Shown: positions 12,611-23,903 of the stretch, piece after piece
Layout of the letters: every line of letters starts with the position of its first letter
How positions within the stretch are numbered: position 1 is the first letter of the stretch
The notes under the pieces: model-generated
Told to the model about the DNA's origin: nothing
The model's database searches: none
Seen by the model: the letters and a program-made list of their open reading frames with translations, nothing else
Program-made: the position numbers and the translations under genes
Assembly: GCA_964016885.1 (NCBI GenBank)
Contig: OZ024741.1
Coordinates: forward strand, 316,138,001-316,202,000
DNA: 64,000 nucleotides
Source: Eledone cirrhosa
Taxonomy: Eukaryota
Reading direction: 5' to 3'

Positions 12611-14472
12611 GTTGGTGGTAAAGAGAAAAGGCACTTACCTCTCTGCGTCCCGGGAAACGGGCCGCTCAATTTCCATGCTGGTTGGGGATGGGTTGTTGGG
12701 TGGGGTTGTGGTTTGTGGAAGTGAAGGGGCATCGGTGTGTTGTGGGGTTGGGGTGTTTGTCGTTGAGTGGGTGTCTGGGTGGGGTGGGGGGTGAAATTTT
12801 TTAGGAGGACGCGGTTGATTGGTTTGGCACAGGGGGGGCCCACGTCCTCCGTGAAATTTATTTTCAGTGTTTTGTACAAGTGCATTGGGACTTTTATCAT
12901 TTTCAAATGAGGTAGTCCCACAGCAGTTATAAAGTTTGGCCCTTCAGTTTGGACCGAAGGGTTTGCTGAAATTGTTTTCCGTAATTCTTTGTTGTCTGTG
13001 TTCATGTATGTGTATTGTAAGGTCTTTTTTTGTGTAGCAGTTAGTGTTGTGTGACAGGGAGGGGTGGTTTGTGTGTAGTTTGTGTTCTCTTGGGGGGGAT
13101 TAAAGTTAACATGTGTGTCTGTGGTGCGTCTCCTCTTCTTTCTTTTTACTTGTTGGAAGGGATCTTTTTCGTCTTGCGACGAAAGAGGTTCGTCTTCCTT
13201 GTTGGGTGGGAGGGGTATGTTTTCTGGTAGTGTTTGCGGTGTGCGTGTTTTTGTATTTGTTTTGGGTGGGGAGGGATTGGGTGGGACAGTATTCTGTGTT
13301 ATTTTTTCACGTGTTTGTTGTTGTTGTTGTTGTGGTGGTGGTGGTGGGGTTGTTGGTTTTTGTTGTTGTTGTGGTTGTTTTTGTTGTTGTAGTTGGGGTG
13401 GTGTTGGTGTTGGTAGCAGTGTTTTTTTCTGTGTGAGCTGGGGACAGGCAGCCCTCAGGTGACCTCTATTGCCACAGAGGTAACAGGAGGGACGCCTACC
13501 CTCCACAATAATGTTGAGGTGGGTACGGTCATCCAGCATGACGCGCTCAGGGATTTGAGCGATGCGTTCTGGCCTTATTTGGGTCAGAACTTCGAGGCTC
13601 GTTCCACTGAACGCGTCGCCGGATGCCTTCCCTATTGAGATGAGGTTGTCCTCGTCTAAATTGAGGAAACCGGTTAGTAACCACCAGTAGTTTATGTTTG
13701 GGGTGATGGTGGTTATCCATATCCTCTGGGTTTTTTTACTCATGTAGGTGGGGAAGAAGGTGTAGTGTGTGGACCGAATTGGCGACACAGAGTATTTTTT
13801 TGCCGCCAATTCGTCTTTCATCAATATGGATAAACTCCCATAGAGTTTATCCTTTTGTATGAAAGTGATGTCTCTCATCGCGTCTTTCAAGACTAACTGA
13901 ATTTCCGCTTGAGATGGTTGCGCTGGTTTCTTTGTTTTATTTAAAATTGTTCGGAATACGACAGTTCGTAATTCCGTCTGTCTTTTTAGCTCCAGAGGTG
14001 AATGTATAGAAAACGAACCGTTTTCGCCAAAAGACACATATTTCTTGGCTTTTTCCAGCATTTCTTTTGCTTTTGAAATATCTTCCAGCACATAAGCGAC
14101 TGATAATTTAGCCGTTTGTGCAAAAGATATTTTGTTTTCGTTTTGGATATTAGTATTGTTTTGTTTCTCGTCGTTTGAGTTGTTTTCATCTTTGTTGTTG
14201 TCTTTCTCGTTTCGTGTGTGGATACTTGTGACGTTTGTGTTGTTGTTGTTTTTGTTGTCTTTATTGTTGCTGTTGTTGTCGTTGTTGTTGTTGTTGTTTT
14301 CAAATTCTTGTGTAGTTGTGGCTACATCTAGTGGTCGGTCAACAGGTGAAGACAATTCTTCCTCTCTCTGACCTCTGCCTTTGGCATCTGCTGCTGTGAC
14401 AGTGGCAGGGGGAAGCTGTGAGTATGACTTCCCCTTTCCTTCTTTGATTGATGGTGAAGATGCTTCAGCCAT
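12598..14472 (-). CDS. A3 ORF1: 624-aa gag-like protein with a CX2CX4HX4C knuckle
   Basis: ATG at 14472 (MAEASSP); Asn-rich tract; VEGRRPSCYLCGNRGHLRAAC; Pro/Gln/Thr-rich tail; overlaps the ORF2 ATG by 13 nt. Confidence 0.9.
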   Translation of the reverse strand: MAEASSPSIKEGKGKSYSQLPPATVTAADAKGRGQREEELSSPVDRPLDVATTTQEFENNNNNNDNNSNNKDNKNNNNTNVTSIHTRNEKDNNKDENNSNDEKQNNTNIQNENKISFAQTAKLSVAYVLEDISKAKEMLEKAKKYVSFGENGSFSIHSPLELKRQTELRTVVFRTILNKTKKPAQPSQAEIQLVLKDAMRDITFIQKDKLYGSLSILMKDELAAKKYSVSPIRSTHYTFFPTYMSKKTQRIWITTITPNINYWWLLTGFLNLDEDNLISIGKASGDAFSGTSLEVLTQIRPERIAQIPERVMLDDRTHLNIIVEGRRPSCYLCGNRGHLRAACPQLTQKKTLLPTPTPPQLQQQKQPQQQQKPTTPPPPPQQQQQQTREKITQNTVPPNPSPPKTNTKTRTPQTLPENIPLPPNKEDEPLSSQDEKDPFQQVKRKKRRRTTDTHVNFNPPQENTNYTQTTPPCHTTLTATQKKTLQYTYMNTDNKELRKTISANPSVQTEGPNFITAVGLPHLKMIKVPMHLYKTLKINFTEDVGPPCAKPINRVLLKNFTPHPTQTPTQRQTPQPHNTPMPLHFHKPQPHPTTHPQPAWKLSGPFPGTQRGKCLFSLPPTWLC

Positions 14473-14691
14473 TTTTCTCAAAATAGGGTTTTTCGAAGTT
14501 TTTCGAAAGATAAAATGTTCACAATACTATTTCGCCCAAAGGCGCCGAATATTTTGAGAGACCGACCAGATCAAAATTTGACCTGGCAGTCCCTCTACAA
14601 AATGGTACAAAAATGAAAGTTTACAGTTTACAATTTCCGGATGAATTTAAACAAAAACTTACCGAGCGAGCTCAGCACATGTGTCCATCGT

Positions 14692-14718
14692 AGAGAGAGA
14701 GATAGATAGATAGATAGG

Positions 14719-14792
<74 letters not shown>

Positions 14793-14889
14793 CATAGATA
14801 GGTAGATCGATAGATAGATAGATAGATATAGATATAGATATATACATATATACACACACACATATATGTATATATATATATATATATAT
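14692..14889. repeat. Compound (GA)n(GATA)n(CA)n(TA)n microsatellite
   Basis: Direct reading. Confidence 0.97.
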
Positions 14890-15225
14890 GAGTGTTTCCT
14901 ATGTTTCTGTCTGCCTATGTGTGTTTAAGTCTGTCAGTGTGAGTGTAGTGTATAAAAGTGAGAAATATCCAATCGGTTGCCATGGTTGTTAATGGACACG
15001 TTAAAATTAAAAAAATATTTTGTTGCTTTTATATGACTTCTTGGGTGTGTTTACGAATGTTCTAAGCACTGTGGAATAACAATAACAATAACACAACGAC
15101 AACAACAATAGCAACAACAACATCGGCAGAAACCGCAAAATTCACTACATTGACAGTAAAAATAAAATGTAACAAACGAGAAATATCAACAGTGAATAAT
15201 AATAATAATTATTATTATTATTATT

Positions 15226-15362
15226 ATTTCTACTTTTGGCACAAGGTCAGCAATTACTCAGTACATTACTGGTACTTTATTTTATCGACCCCGTAAGGAT
15301 GAAAGGCAAAGTTAACCTCACCGGGATTTGAACTCAGATCGTAAAGGGACGTAACTATGCTG
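15226..15362 (-). mobile_element. tRNA-derived SINE (octopod-type), 5'-truncated
   Basis: B-box GAGTTCAAATCC, central GCCTTTCATCCTTACGGGGTCGATAAAATAAAGTACCAG, AAT/ATT tail. Confidence 0.9.
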
Positions 15363-15380
15363 ATAATAATAATAATAATA

Positions 15381-15560
15381 ATTGTTTCTACTTTAGGCAC
15401 AAGGCCAGCAAATACCCAGTGCATTACTGGTACTTTATTTTATCGACCCCGTAAGGATGAAAGGCAAAGTCAACCTCGGCGGGATTTGAACTCAGATCGT
15501 AAAGGGACGTAACTATGCTGGAAAGCATGGCTTTCGACCCTCTACCGATACTGCCAATCC
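15381..15560 (-). mobile_element. tRNA-derived SINE, full length
   Basis: A-box-like TGGCAGTATCGG, B-box, same central domain, (ATT)n tail. Confidence 0.92.
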
Positions 15561-15577
15561 TAATAATAATAATAATA

Positions 15578-16901
15578 CTTTCTTTATTAACCACAAGGGT
15601 TTACATGAAGTAGACATTAAGGACAGTACAGGACAATACAGGACGGTACAAATGGGCATTTCTGCGTGTAAAAACAAAAACAGAGGATGTAATAAAAAAT
15701 AACAATGAAAAATTCCCCAATAGGGGGGAGACTTCGGAGGGACATTTGTGGAGAAAGCCCATTAAAAGGCCACATTTACCCTGACCACCAGGGCAAGTGC
15801 CCTGTCCCACTTTTCCACCTTTAATTTACAGACACATACTCAGAGTAGGCCCATTCACTCGGGCCATTCTTGCTTCTCTCACCCATCTTTCAACAAAATG
15901 CTGGGAAGAGAGCACTTCCCTCTCTACCTGATTTTCCTTTTCAAATGAAATTTGAAAAAGTTAATCAGGGCATCACCGAAGAGGTAGGTGCTCGTCTTCA
16001 GCCCTTTCAAACGTGTCCACCATACTATCTCTTTCGCCATGGCCACCAGACAGATAAAAACTGCCTGCCCTTCCCGGCTAAAGGAAGAGGGCGGGGCAAT
16101 CCTCACGGTGGACTCAGCTGATAGCCGGATCCGTCCTACACGCGACAGCAGGTGTTCGACATAAACACACAAGTCAGCAAGTCTCGGACACTGGACGAGT
16201 GCGTGCAGGACGGTTTCGTCGCCATGCGCGCATTTCGGACATGCCCGGCTGACGGTACCTCCATGCCTGTAGAGTTTATCCCGAACTGGCAAGACTCCTC
16301 GGTAGCACTGCCAGGCCAGGGATTTCTGGAAGTTGTCCATAGGCCCCGGCTCGAAAGTTCTTCCAAAGAGATTGGCTAGTTGATTTTCGTCGACGCCTAG
16401 AGTTTCCCAAATTACGTCGTCGCTCTTCCCCTCCACTAATCCTCTATAGAACGCCAAGGTGGAGTTTCCACCGATCACATTGCCCGATTTGTCGAGGGCT
16501 GTGAGTGCCTGAAGACATTCCAGTCTCCAATCTCCCTCGCCGTGTTCGCTTGATCCAGGACTGCAGATCCGTCAAGGAGACGAGCTGGGAAAACACGCGT
16601 CTAGCAAACGGCAACCACACCTGATCACCGTCGAGGAAGAGGTGGAGATGTCGTAGCCTGAGCGCGTGTCTGCGCATCATCAGCCACGGCATGCCCAGCC
16701 CTCCACGTAGCGGGTGTTGACAGCAGATGGACCGCCTGACCATCGGAGCGCGTCCCTTCCACAAAAAGCGAAAGAGCAAACGCTCCAGCGCAGTCGGGCG
16801 AGGCTTAGGACAAGACACGGCGGTCAGGCAGTAGTAGATGACGGCCGCGATGTACGCGTTAACCACCTCCGCTCGACCTTTCAGGGATAGCTTCCTCTCA
16901 G
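15578..16901 (-). mobile_element. Tx1-like family B, copy B1, 5'-truncated ORF2 C-terminus plus 3' UTR
   Basis: LSLKGRAEVVN, CPKC..ETVLHALVQC; 3' end CCCTTGTGGTTAATAAAGAAAG followed by (TTA)n. Confidence 0.9.
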
Positions 16902-16904
16902 TGA

Positions 16905-19900
16905 TTTCTTTATTGGCCACAAGGGCTGACATCAAGAAAAACATTACAGATGGCACAGGACGGTACAGGACGGTATGACGTGGGTTTTGATCGTGTAAAG
17001 ATTTTTATTATTTATATAAGAAAAGAAAAAGAAAAAGACATAGAAACATATATATATATAAACAATAAAAATGAAAATTGAAACAATGAAACAATGAAAA
17101 ATTCCCCAATAGGGGGGAAACCTCTGAAGGCTACTCGTGGCGAAAACCACACAAAAGACCAGGTCACCCTGACCACCAGAGCAAGCACCCTCTCTCAATT
17201 TTTCCATTTCTCAAACTACAGACGTATATTCAGACCATTCTCGCTACATTCACCCACCTTTCAACAAACTTGCTAGAAGGCAGCACTTGATTCTCCACAC
17301 TGATTTTCCTCTTCAAGTGAAACTTGAAAAAGTTAATTAGGGATTCGCCGAAGAGCAAAGTGTCTGTCTTTAACCCTTTCAACCTTGTCCACCACACAAT
17401 CTCTTTCGCCATGGTCACCAGGCAGAAAAAAACCGCCTGCCCTTCCTCTTCGAAGGAAGACGGCGAGACCATCTGCACAATGGACTCAGTCGATAACGGG
17501 ATCAGTCCTACACACGACAGCAATTGTTCGACATAGCTCCACAAGTCAGCAATGCTCGGGCACTGAACGAGTGCGTGCACGACTGTTTCGTCGCTCTGCG
17601 CGCATCTCGGACAGGCTCGGCTGACGGCACTTCCGTGCCTGTAGAGCTTATCTCGAACTGGCAACGCTCCCCGGTAGCACTGCCAGGCCAGGGATTTTTG
17701 GAAGTTATCCGTAGGCCCTGGGCTGAAAGTTCTCCGGGAGAGAGCAAACAGCTGATTTTCTTCGACGCCCAGGATCTCTCCGAGAACGTCGCTCTTCCAC
17801 TCAACTAGTCCTCTATAGAACGCCGAGTTGGATGTTCCACCGATACTGGTGCCCAGCTGGAAGAGGACAGTGAGCGCCTGGAGACATTCCAGTTTCCAAG
17901 CGCTATCCCTTGGTCTTTTCCTGACCCAGGACTGCAGCGCCGTCAAGGAGACGAGCTGTGAGAAAACGTGCCTGGCGACCACACCTGCTCACCGTCAAGG
18001 AAGCACCAGAGATGTCGCAGCCTCAGCGCATGTTTGCGCATCATAAGCGATGGCATGCCCAGTCCTCCACGCAACGGGTGTTGACAGCAGATGGATCGTC
18101 TGACCATGGGAGCGCGCCCCTTCCACAAAAAGCGGAAGTGGAGGCGCTCCATTTTGGTGAGAGTTGGGCCGGGGCAAGGGACAACGGTTAGGCGGTAGCA
18201 GATGACGGATGCGATGTACGCATTCGCCATCTCCGCCCGGCCTTTCAGAGACAGCTTCCTCTCGGCCCATTTCTGAGTGAGGGAGGCCACCTTGCTCATC
18301 ACCTCGTTTTTCATCACTCCAGTTTTTCTCCATCTGGAGGTCCGGTCCGAACCAGACCCCGATCAATTAAACCGGTCCGTCTGTCCAACGCCCCACGACG
18401 CTGTCGGCCGGCATGGACTTGCCTCTCCCGGTGCCGAGCTGCAAGCCCACCGACTTTTCCTGGTTTATCTTTGCTCCTGTCACCGCTTCGTATTCCTTGA
18501 GAGAGGTGCCGAGCATCTGGACATCTTTGGTGCTCGACACCACCATGGTGACGTCGTCGGCGTAATCTGACACGGATCTCCCGCATCCCAGTTCGCGTGG
18601 GACGCCCCTCATCGTCTCCAATGTGTGTAGCAACGGCTCTAGGGCCAGTACGTACAAGAGGGATGAGAGGGGGAAAACCTGGCGCACCGAGCGCATGATG
18701 CTGAAAGGCTGCGACAGGTGACCATTCACCCTCACAATCGAGCAGATGTCGCTGTGCATCGCAGCAATCCAGCCCCTAAAAACGGGCCCGAAGCCGTCCG
18801 CCTCGAGGACCGCAGCCAGGTACCGATGGTCGACCCTATCAAATGCTTTAGATTGATCCAAGTTGATCAGGACCCCACCCGTGCCAGGTTCCTTAACCAC
18901 CCTCTCTATGATGTATCGCATGAGATGGAGGTTGTCGTGGATGGATCTGTCCGGGATGGCGCATGTCTGCGACTCTCCCACCAGATCACCGACGAAAAGC
19001 GCCAATCTCTTTGCTAACACCTTGGCCAAAATCTTGAACTCTGCGTTTAACAGAGTTATGGGCCTGAACTTGTCTATAACGTCCCCCTTTTCTCAACAAC
19101 GCCACCGCTCCCGGGTCCACAAAACTGGGAATGCTCCCGTTCTGCTACCAGTTGCATCTGCCAAGAGGTCGCCGAATAAGTCTGGCATATACGCATAAAG
19201 CTCGTAGGGCAGACCATCCAAACCTGGCGATTTACCCCTCGTGCCGTCAGACATCGCTTCTCGTATTTCAGCTGCTGTTATCGGCTTTTCGCAGCACTAC
19301 GCTGCGGTCGTCGAGAGCCGCGGCAGTCCGTCGAGGTAAGCATCGAAGTCCATACTCCGATCTGGCCCGACGCCGCTCCCGGACAATTGAGCAAAGTGCT
19401 GTTGAAAAGCCGCACACATCTGCTCGGATTCGAGCAACATGCGCCTGTTTTAATCAGGCAAAGACCGAATTGTGGACTTGTTGCCTCGTTCCGCCTCCAC
19501 CACCTGGGCCCATTGAACGGCTTTCGTCCCCTCGTGTTTCAGAGCACGCGTTCTAGCTCTGACAACGCAGTTTTCATGATTTGCGTTGAAGAATTGGTCG
19601 AGTGCCAATCTCGCCGCAAGCACGTCCGTTGCGATGCCTGCCCTAAACGCCTCTTCTAGCTTTCTAACTAACTCTCCCTCTACTCTATTTTCCTCTATCA
19701 CTACTCCTTTGCTAAACCTTATCGATTCTACTCTAGTGGACATTTTCAGGGTAAAACACCACCTGTTGTTGACGATCGTACCCGTCAACGCACGTTTAAC
19801 TAATTCGCTAATCCGGTCTCTGTAAGCTTTGTGCGCCTGGAACGACGCGTTCAGCTTCCTGTAGCCGGGCCCTTGCCTATGGAGTCTATTTAAGTCAACT

Positions 19901-22729
19901 TCACAGATCACAAATTTGTGGTCCGTGTAGTCGACTACTTTAAATTGTGGACAACCTACACTAGCCTTATCTGTTTCCCTACAGAATACCCTATCTAAAT
20001 ACGATGACCCGATGCGGTTTGTTCATGTCCACATTGGCACATTCGAATAATCCAGTCTATAACGGTCAGACAGTTCAAAACGTCTGAGCAGGTTGGTGAG
20101 GCTCTTGCACCCTCCTCCCATATCCCTATCCCCACACAATCCCAGCGTGCATCCAAGATACCGTTCCAGTCGCCCACTAACACTGAAGAGCGGGACGTTC
20201 CAAGAAAGGTCTCTAGACGTCTGAAGAAATCTGGCCGCCCTGCCCCTGTTGGGGCGTAGCCTGAAAGCATTGCCTTCGCTGTCGGACACGTCCAGCAACA
20301 CCGACTTACTTTCTGGGTCCAGGAAGATATCCCGTATGGCGAGATCCAAGCCTCTCCAAAAAACCACGGCAACCCTCCCCCCAATCCTGGACGGCTGGGA
20401 GATGCGTATACATCATAGCCGCCGAAGATCGGTGCGAAGGCTCGTGCTTCGGAAATTCTGGTCTCGCTGATGGCCACCACCTATGTTTAGTTTCCTGATG
20501 TCGTTGAGCAGGTGACCCTGCTTCCAAGATGACCCTCGTCACGTACATTTATTCTGCCTATTCTAAGTACGGCTATGTTGGATGAGAAAAGGGGAAGTGA
20601 GAAAGGATCTCTTACCTTGATCGTGTGGTGAAGGGACAGTAGAACAGTCCCTTTCGCTGGTCATGGATGTGTCCAAGAGGATGTCGGTGTATATCATCTT
20701 GGTAATCGACCCTCTGAAGTCTCCAACTGCGTTGGGGAATTTTTGCTTTAAAAGTTTGTAATGTTCTATTGAGATTTCAATGATGCTTATGTTTGTCGGG
20801 AGAGTTCTGGGTGTAGTAGTTTTTTTGTGATGTCTGTGTACTGCTTTATGTGTTGGAGGAGTTCTTTATTTGCCATGTTTATGGCTGTGTACTTTTTGGG
20901 GGGAGGGGCGATTTTGTTGCTGTTGGGTGTTTGTTTTGTTGTGTTTGCGATGTTGTTGTTGGTGGTGATGCTTGTGGTGGTGATAGTGATGGTGGTGGTA
21001 TTGCTGCAAGTCTCCTTGCAGCCTTTACCCCTCTTTGTTTGCCTTCGCTTTTGGAGGGTGAAGCTAAGGGTTTTTTCTTTTTTTCTTTTTTGTGGCAGAC
21101 CATTTGCCACTTCTCTCCCGGCTCACTCTCCATGTCGGACCCCGCAGCGTCGGGTAGGGCATGAGCTCCACTGCTATTGGTGGTGGAAGTAGAGCCCGCT
21201 CCAGCGATTTTACCGCCCGCGTAGCTACTGCAACTGTTGGTGTTGCCGCCACTGCTGCCGCTGCTTTAGTTGTCCGCGGCCTTGGTATGGGTGCCACGGA
21301 CGTTGCCATCCTACTCACCATGGAAGGGTCTTCTGCCTCTGTTGCCTGCCCTACTCTTGGTAGCAGCGGATCAGGCGTCGGAAGAAGGAGGGGCCCTCTT
21401 CTTGGATGTCTTCTGCGGGTAGAAAGCCCTGAGTTGACCCTTCTGCCCACAGAGATAGCACTTTGAGCGCCTTCCTTCCACGCTTATAAGGAGCTGGAGT
21501 CCTTCTTCGAGGTCTATGAGGTCTGGGATGGCCTCGATGAACTCCTGGTCAGTCTGTATTAGCATGTGCATGCCTGACCAGTTCTCTCTTCCCATTCTCT
21601 GTATTTGTAGTATGGTGGTCTTCTCCTCGATTCCAGCCAGTACAGACGAGGCCAACCAAGGTATGGGTACGTCAGGCGGGACCTGGGTCACTTTGACCCT
21701 CACAATTTTCTGCCCGCAGTAGGCGGGCACCAAGACTATCTCCTCACGCTTTAGGGTTTCCAAAGAGTGAGACTTCGCCTCTTGGGGGGTGGCGAAAAGT
21801 ACGTCTACTGTGCCGTACTTTTTGCCTCGGGTGATGTGGGTTTTGCGCGCCCAGACGCACCCCAAGGCCTTTTGGATCTGAGCCTCCGTGGTTCTCTCCA
21901 CCCGATGTGATATTTTGCTTAGGGTGCGGTAAGTCACCGTGCGCAGTTGCTGGTCTTTGAAGAAATCGGGTGGAGGTTTCAGGGGAAACTCTGTTGTCGT
22001 TTCTTGACACCATGGTTCTTACGACTGCCATCTCCTCCTCTGTGACTAGCACTGTTTCTATATTTCGGTCCACACCTACGAAAGAAGTGGCCACTTTTTC
22101 AGCGGCACCATTATTGCTTCCGCTACTGGTCTTGTTGTTGGTGTTGTGGCTGCTGCTACTGCTACGAACGGTGTTGTTGGTGTTGTTGCTGTTATCACTG
22201 TTGTAGTTGGTTGTGTTTTTGGTGCCACCGTTGTTGTTGTTTTCGGTGCAATTTGTATTGTTGCTGTTGGTGTTGTCTTTGTTTATTTTCTTGTTAGTGG
22301 TGTTAATATCGTTGCTGCTTTGTTGTCAATTTTTTCTGTTGTCTGTATTTAGTTTGACGCTGTTATTGTTGTAGTTGGTGTGGTAACTTTTTCGAAATTA
22401 GTGTTCTCAGTGTTGTTTTTGTTCACGTTGTTTGTGGTGGAGTATGTTGTAACAATGTTTGTAACCTTCCTCTCAACTTTTACGCCGTTGTCAGACATAT
22501 TGCTGGGGGCCGTGGCTCAGCCATGTTTTTTTTTTTAAACAATTTTTTTTTTAAAGTAAAGTTTTCAAATATTTGGGCCAAAAGGCCCAAACATTTTCCT
22601 TTCCCCTTCATAGGGCAAAGTCTAAAGGCTTATATCCCTTACACAACAAAAAATATTTAACAACAAATAATTTTAACAGGCAAATAAAGCGACTTACTGG
22701 GAGCGAGCAAAAATCGTCCGAACAGACCG
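16905..22729 (-). mobile_element. Tx1-like family B, copy B2, full length but heavily frameshifted
   Basis: ORF1 remnant (ATG at 22524, MAEPR; VEGRRSKCYLCGQKG); ORF2 remnant about 17216-20576 (GDWN, DQSKAFDRV, YADD, CPRC); 5' end abuts (AAT)n at 22730. Confidence 0.92.
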
Positions 22730-22771
22730 ATAATAATAATAATAATAATAATAGTAATAATAATAATATTG

Positions 22772-22860
22772 TTTTCTTTATTAACCACAAGGGTTGTCAC
22801 AAAACATAACATTAAGGACAGTGGAGGACGGTACAGGATGGTACAGGACGGTACCACATG
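22772..22860 (-). mobile_element. Tx1-like family B, copy B3: only the terminal ~90 bp
   Basis: tttctttattaaccacaagggt...aggacggtacagga matches the B1/B2 3' ends; abuts (AAT)n at 22730-22768. Confidence 0.85.
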
Positions 22861-22929
22861 AAAGTCTACACTGTAAACTCTACAGTTTTTAAGCCAACTT
22901 AACATTGTAACTTTAACACAGCTACTGAG

Positions 22930-23872
22930 CAGCCCCGAGCAACGCCGGGCTTTACTGCTAGTACATCAAATAAAATCGTAATTGACAATATAAACAGAAA
23001 TTGAATGAAAACGTAGTTACACTGTCTTATGTAATCAGTAACGTAATCCATGGTACATTAAAAAAAGACGATATCTAATATATATTTGTGAAATGGGCGG
23101 TGGTTGAAATTCAGATGTGCACGGTTAAATGGTAGTAGACGTGGTCGGACTGACATGAAAATTTACACACCTATGTAAAAAGTGCCAAGGAAGCAAATAG
23201 ACGAGGTTTCAAATCTCTAACTTGAAAAATGTGGTCCCTGGGGCCCCAAAACTATCGCGTTCGGTGAGTTATTTCCCCCTGTTCTAATACTTTTGTCTTA
23301 CAGTAAATAAAGGATTATGAGTTCATGCAATTGTCTTATGTTTCGTCACTATATATATATATATATATAATATGAAAACGCTTTAATAAAAAAAAATATC
23401 AACTGTAATGTATGTATGCATGTATTTATGTGTTTATATGAGCGGGGATAAGCAAGTAATTCTTACTTTGTGGACAGCTTATCCTTAGCATAATATTCAT
23501 GCTAGAACAGCATATATTTGAAAGTTTTCAGGGCGTTGAATTACTGATTTTGGATCGGCAGCTTTAGCTTTGAAAAAATGAAATGTGCAGTGTAAATATT
23601 TTTTATTATTCCTCCGGGGATGAATCTTCTCTGTATTTTTCCATCTCTTTCTTACTCTCTGGAAGAAATCAGCCGTAGTAAGACCTAAAAAAAATGGTTA
23701 GATACACCATGACGCACCGTGCATCACGGTGGAGTTGAAAAGCAGACTCAGAACATGGCGTTGTGTGGGGGTGGCTCGCAGCCCAATGTTCCAGGGGGAG
23801 CAGAAGAAGAAGAAGAAGAAGAAGAAGAAGAAGAAGAAGAAGAAGAAGAAGAAGAAGAAGAAGAAGAAGAAG

Positions 23873-23903
<31 letters not shown>

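Larger units (their letters stand above)
8910..14691 (-). mobile_element. Tx1-like family A, copy A3, full length (about 5.8 kb) with both ORFs intact
   Basis: 5' UTR, ORF1, ORF2 and 3' UTR with AATAAA; (GATA)n on both sides. Confidence 0.95.

Noticed and set aside
844-12794. Recurrent plus-strand ORFs antisense to ORF2
   Set aside because: Shadows of a GC-rich coding strand; they recur only because the element is repeated
14951-14990. TATAAAAG, CCAAT and RFX-like GTTGCCATGG cluster; also paired CCGGAAGTG ETS-like motifs at about 25165 and 25247
   Set aside because: Short motifs with no linked exon or transcript evidence
15381-15560. tRNA gene
   Set aside because: A/B boxes are present but there is no cloverleaf; multi-copy with a tail, so it is a SINE head
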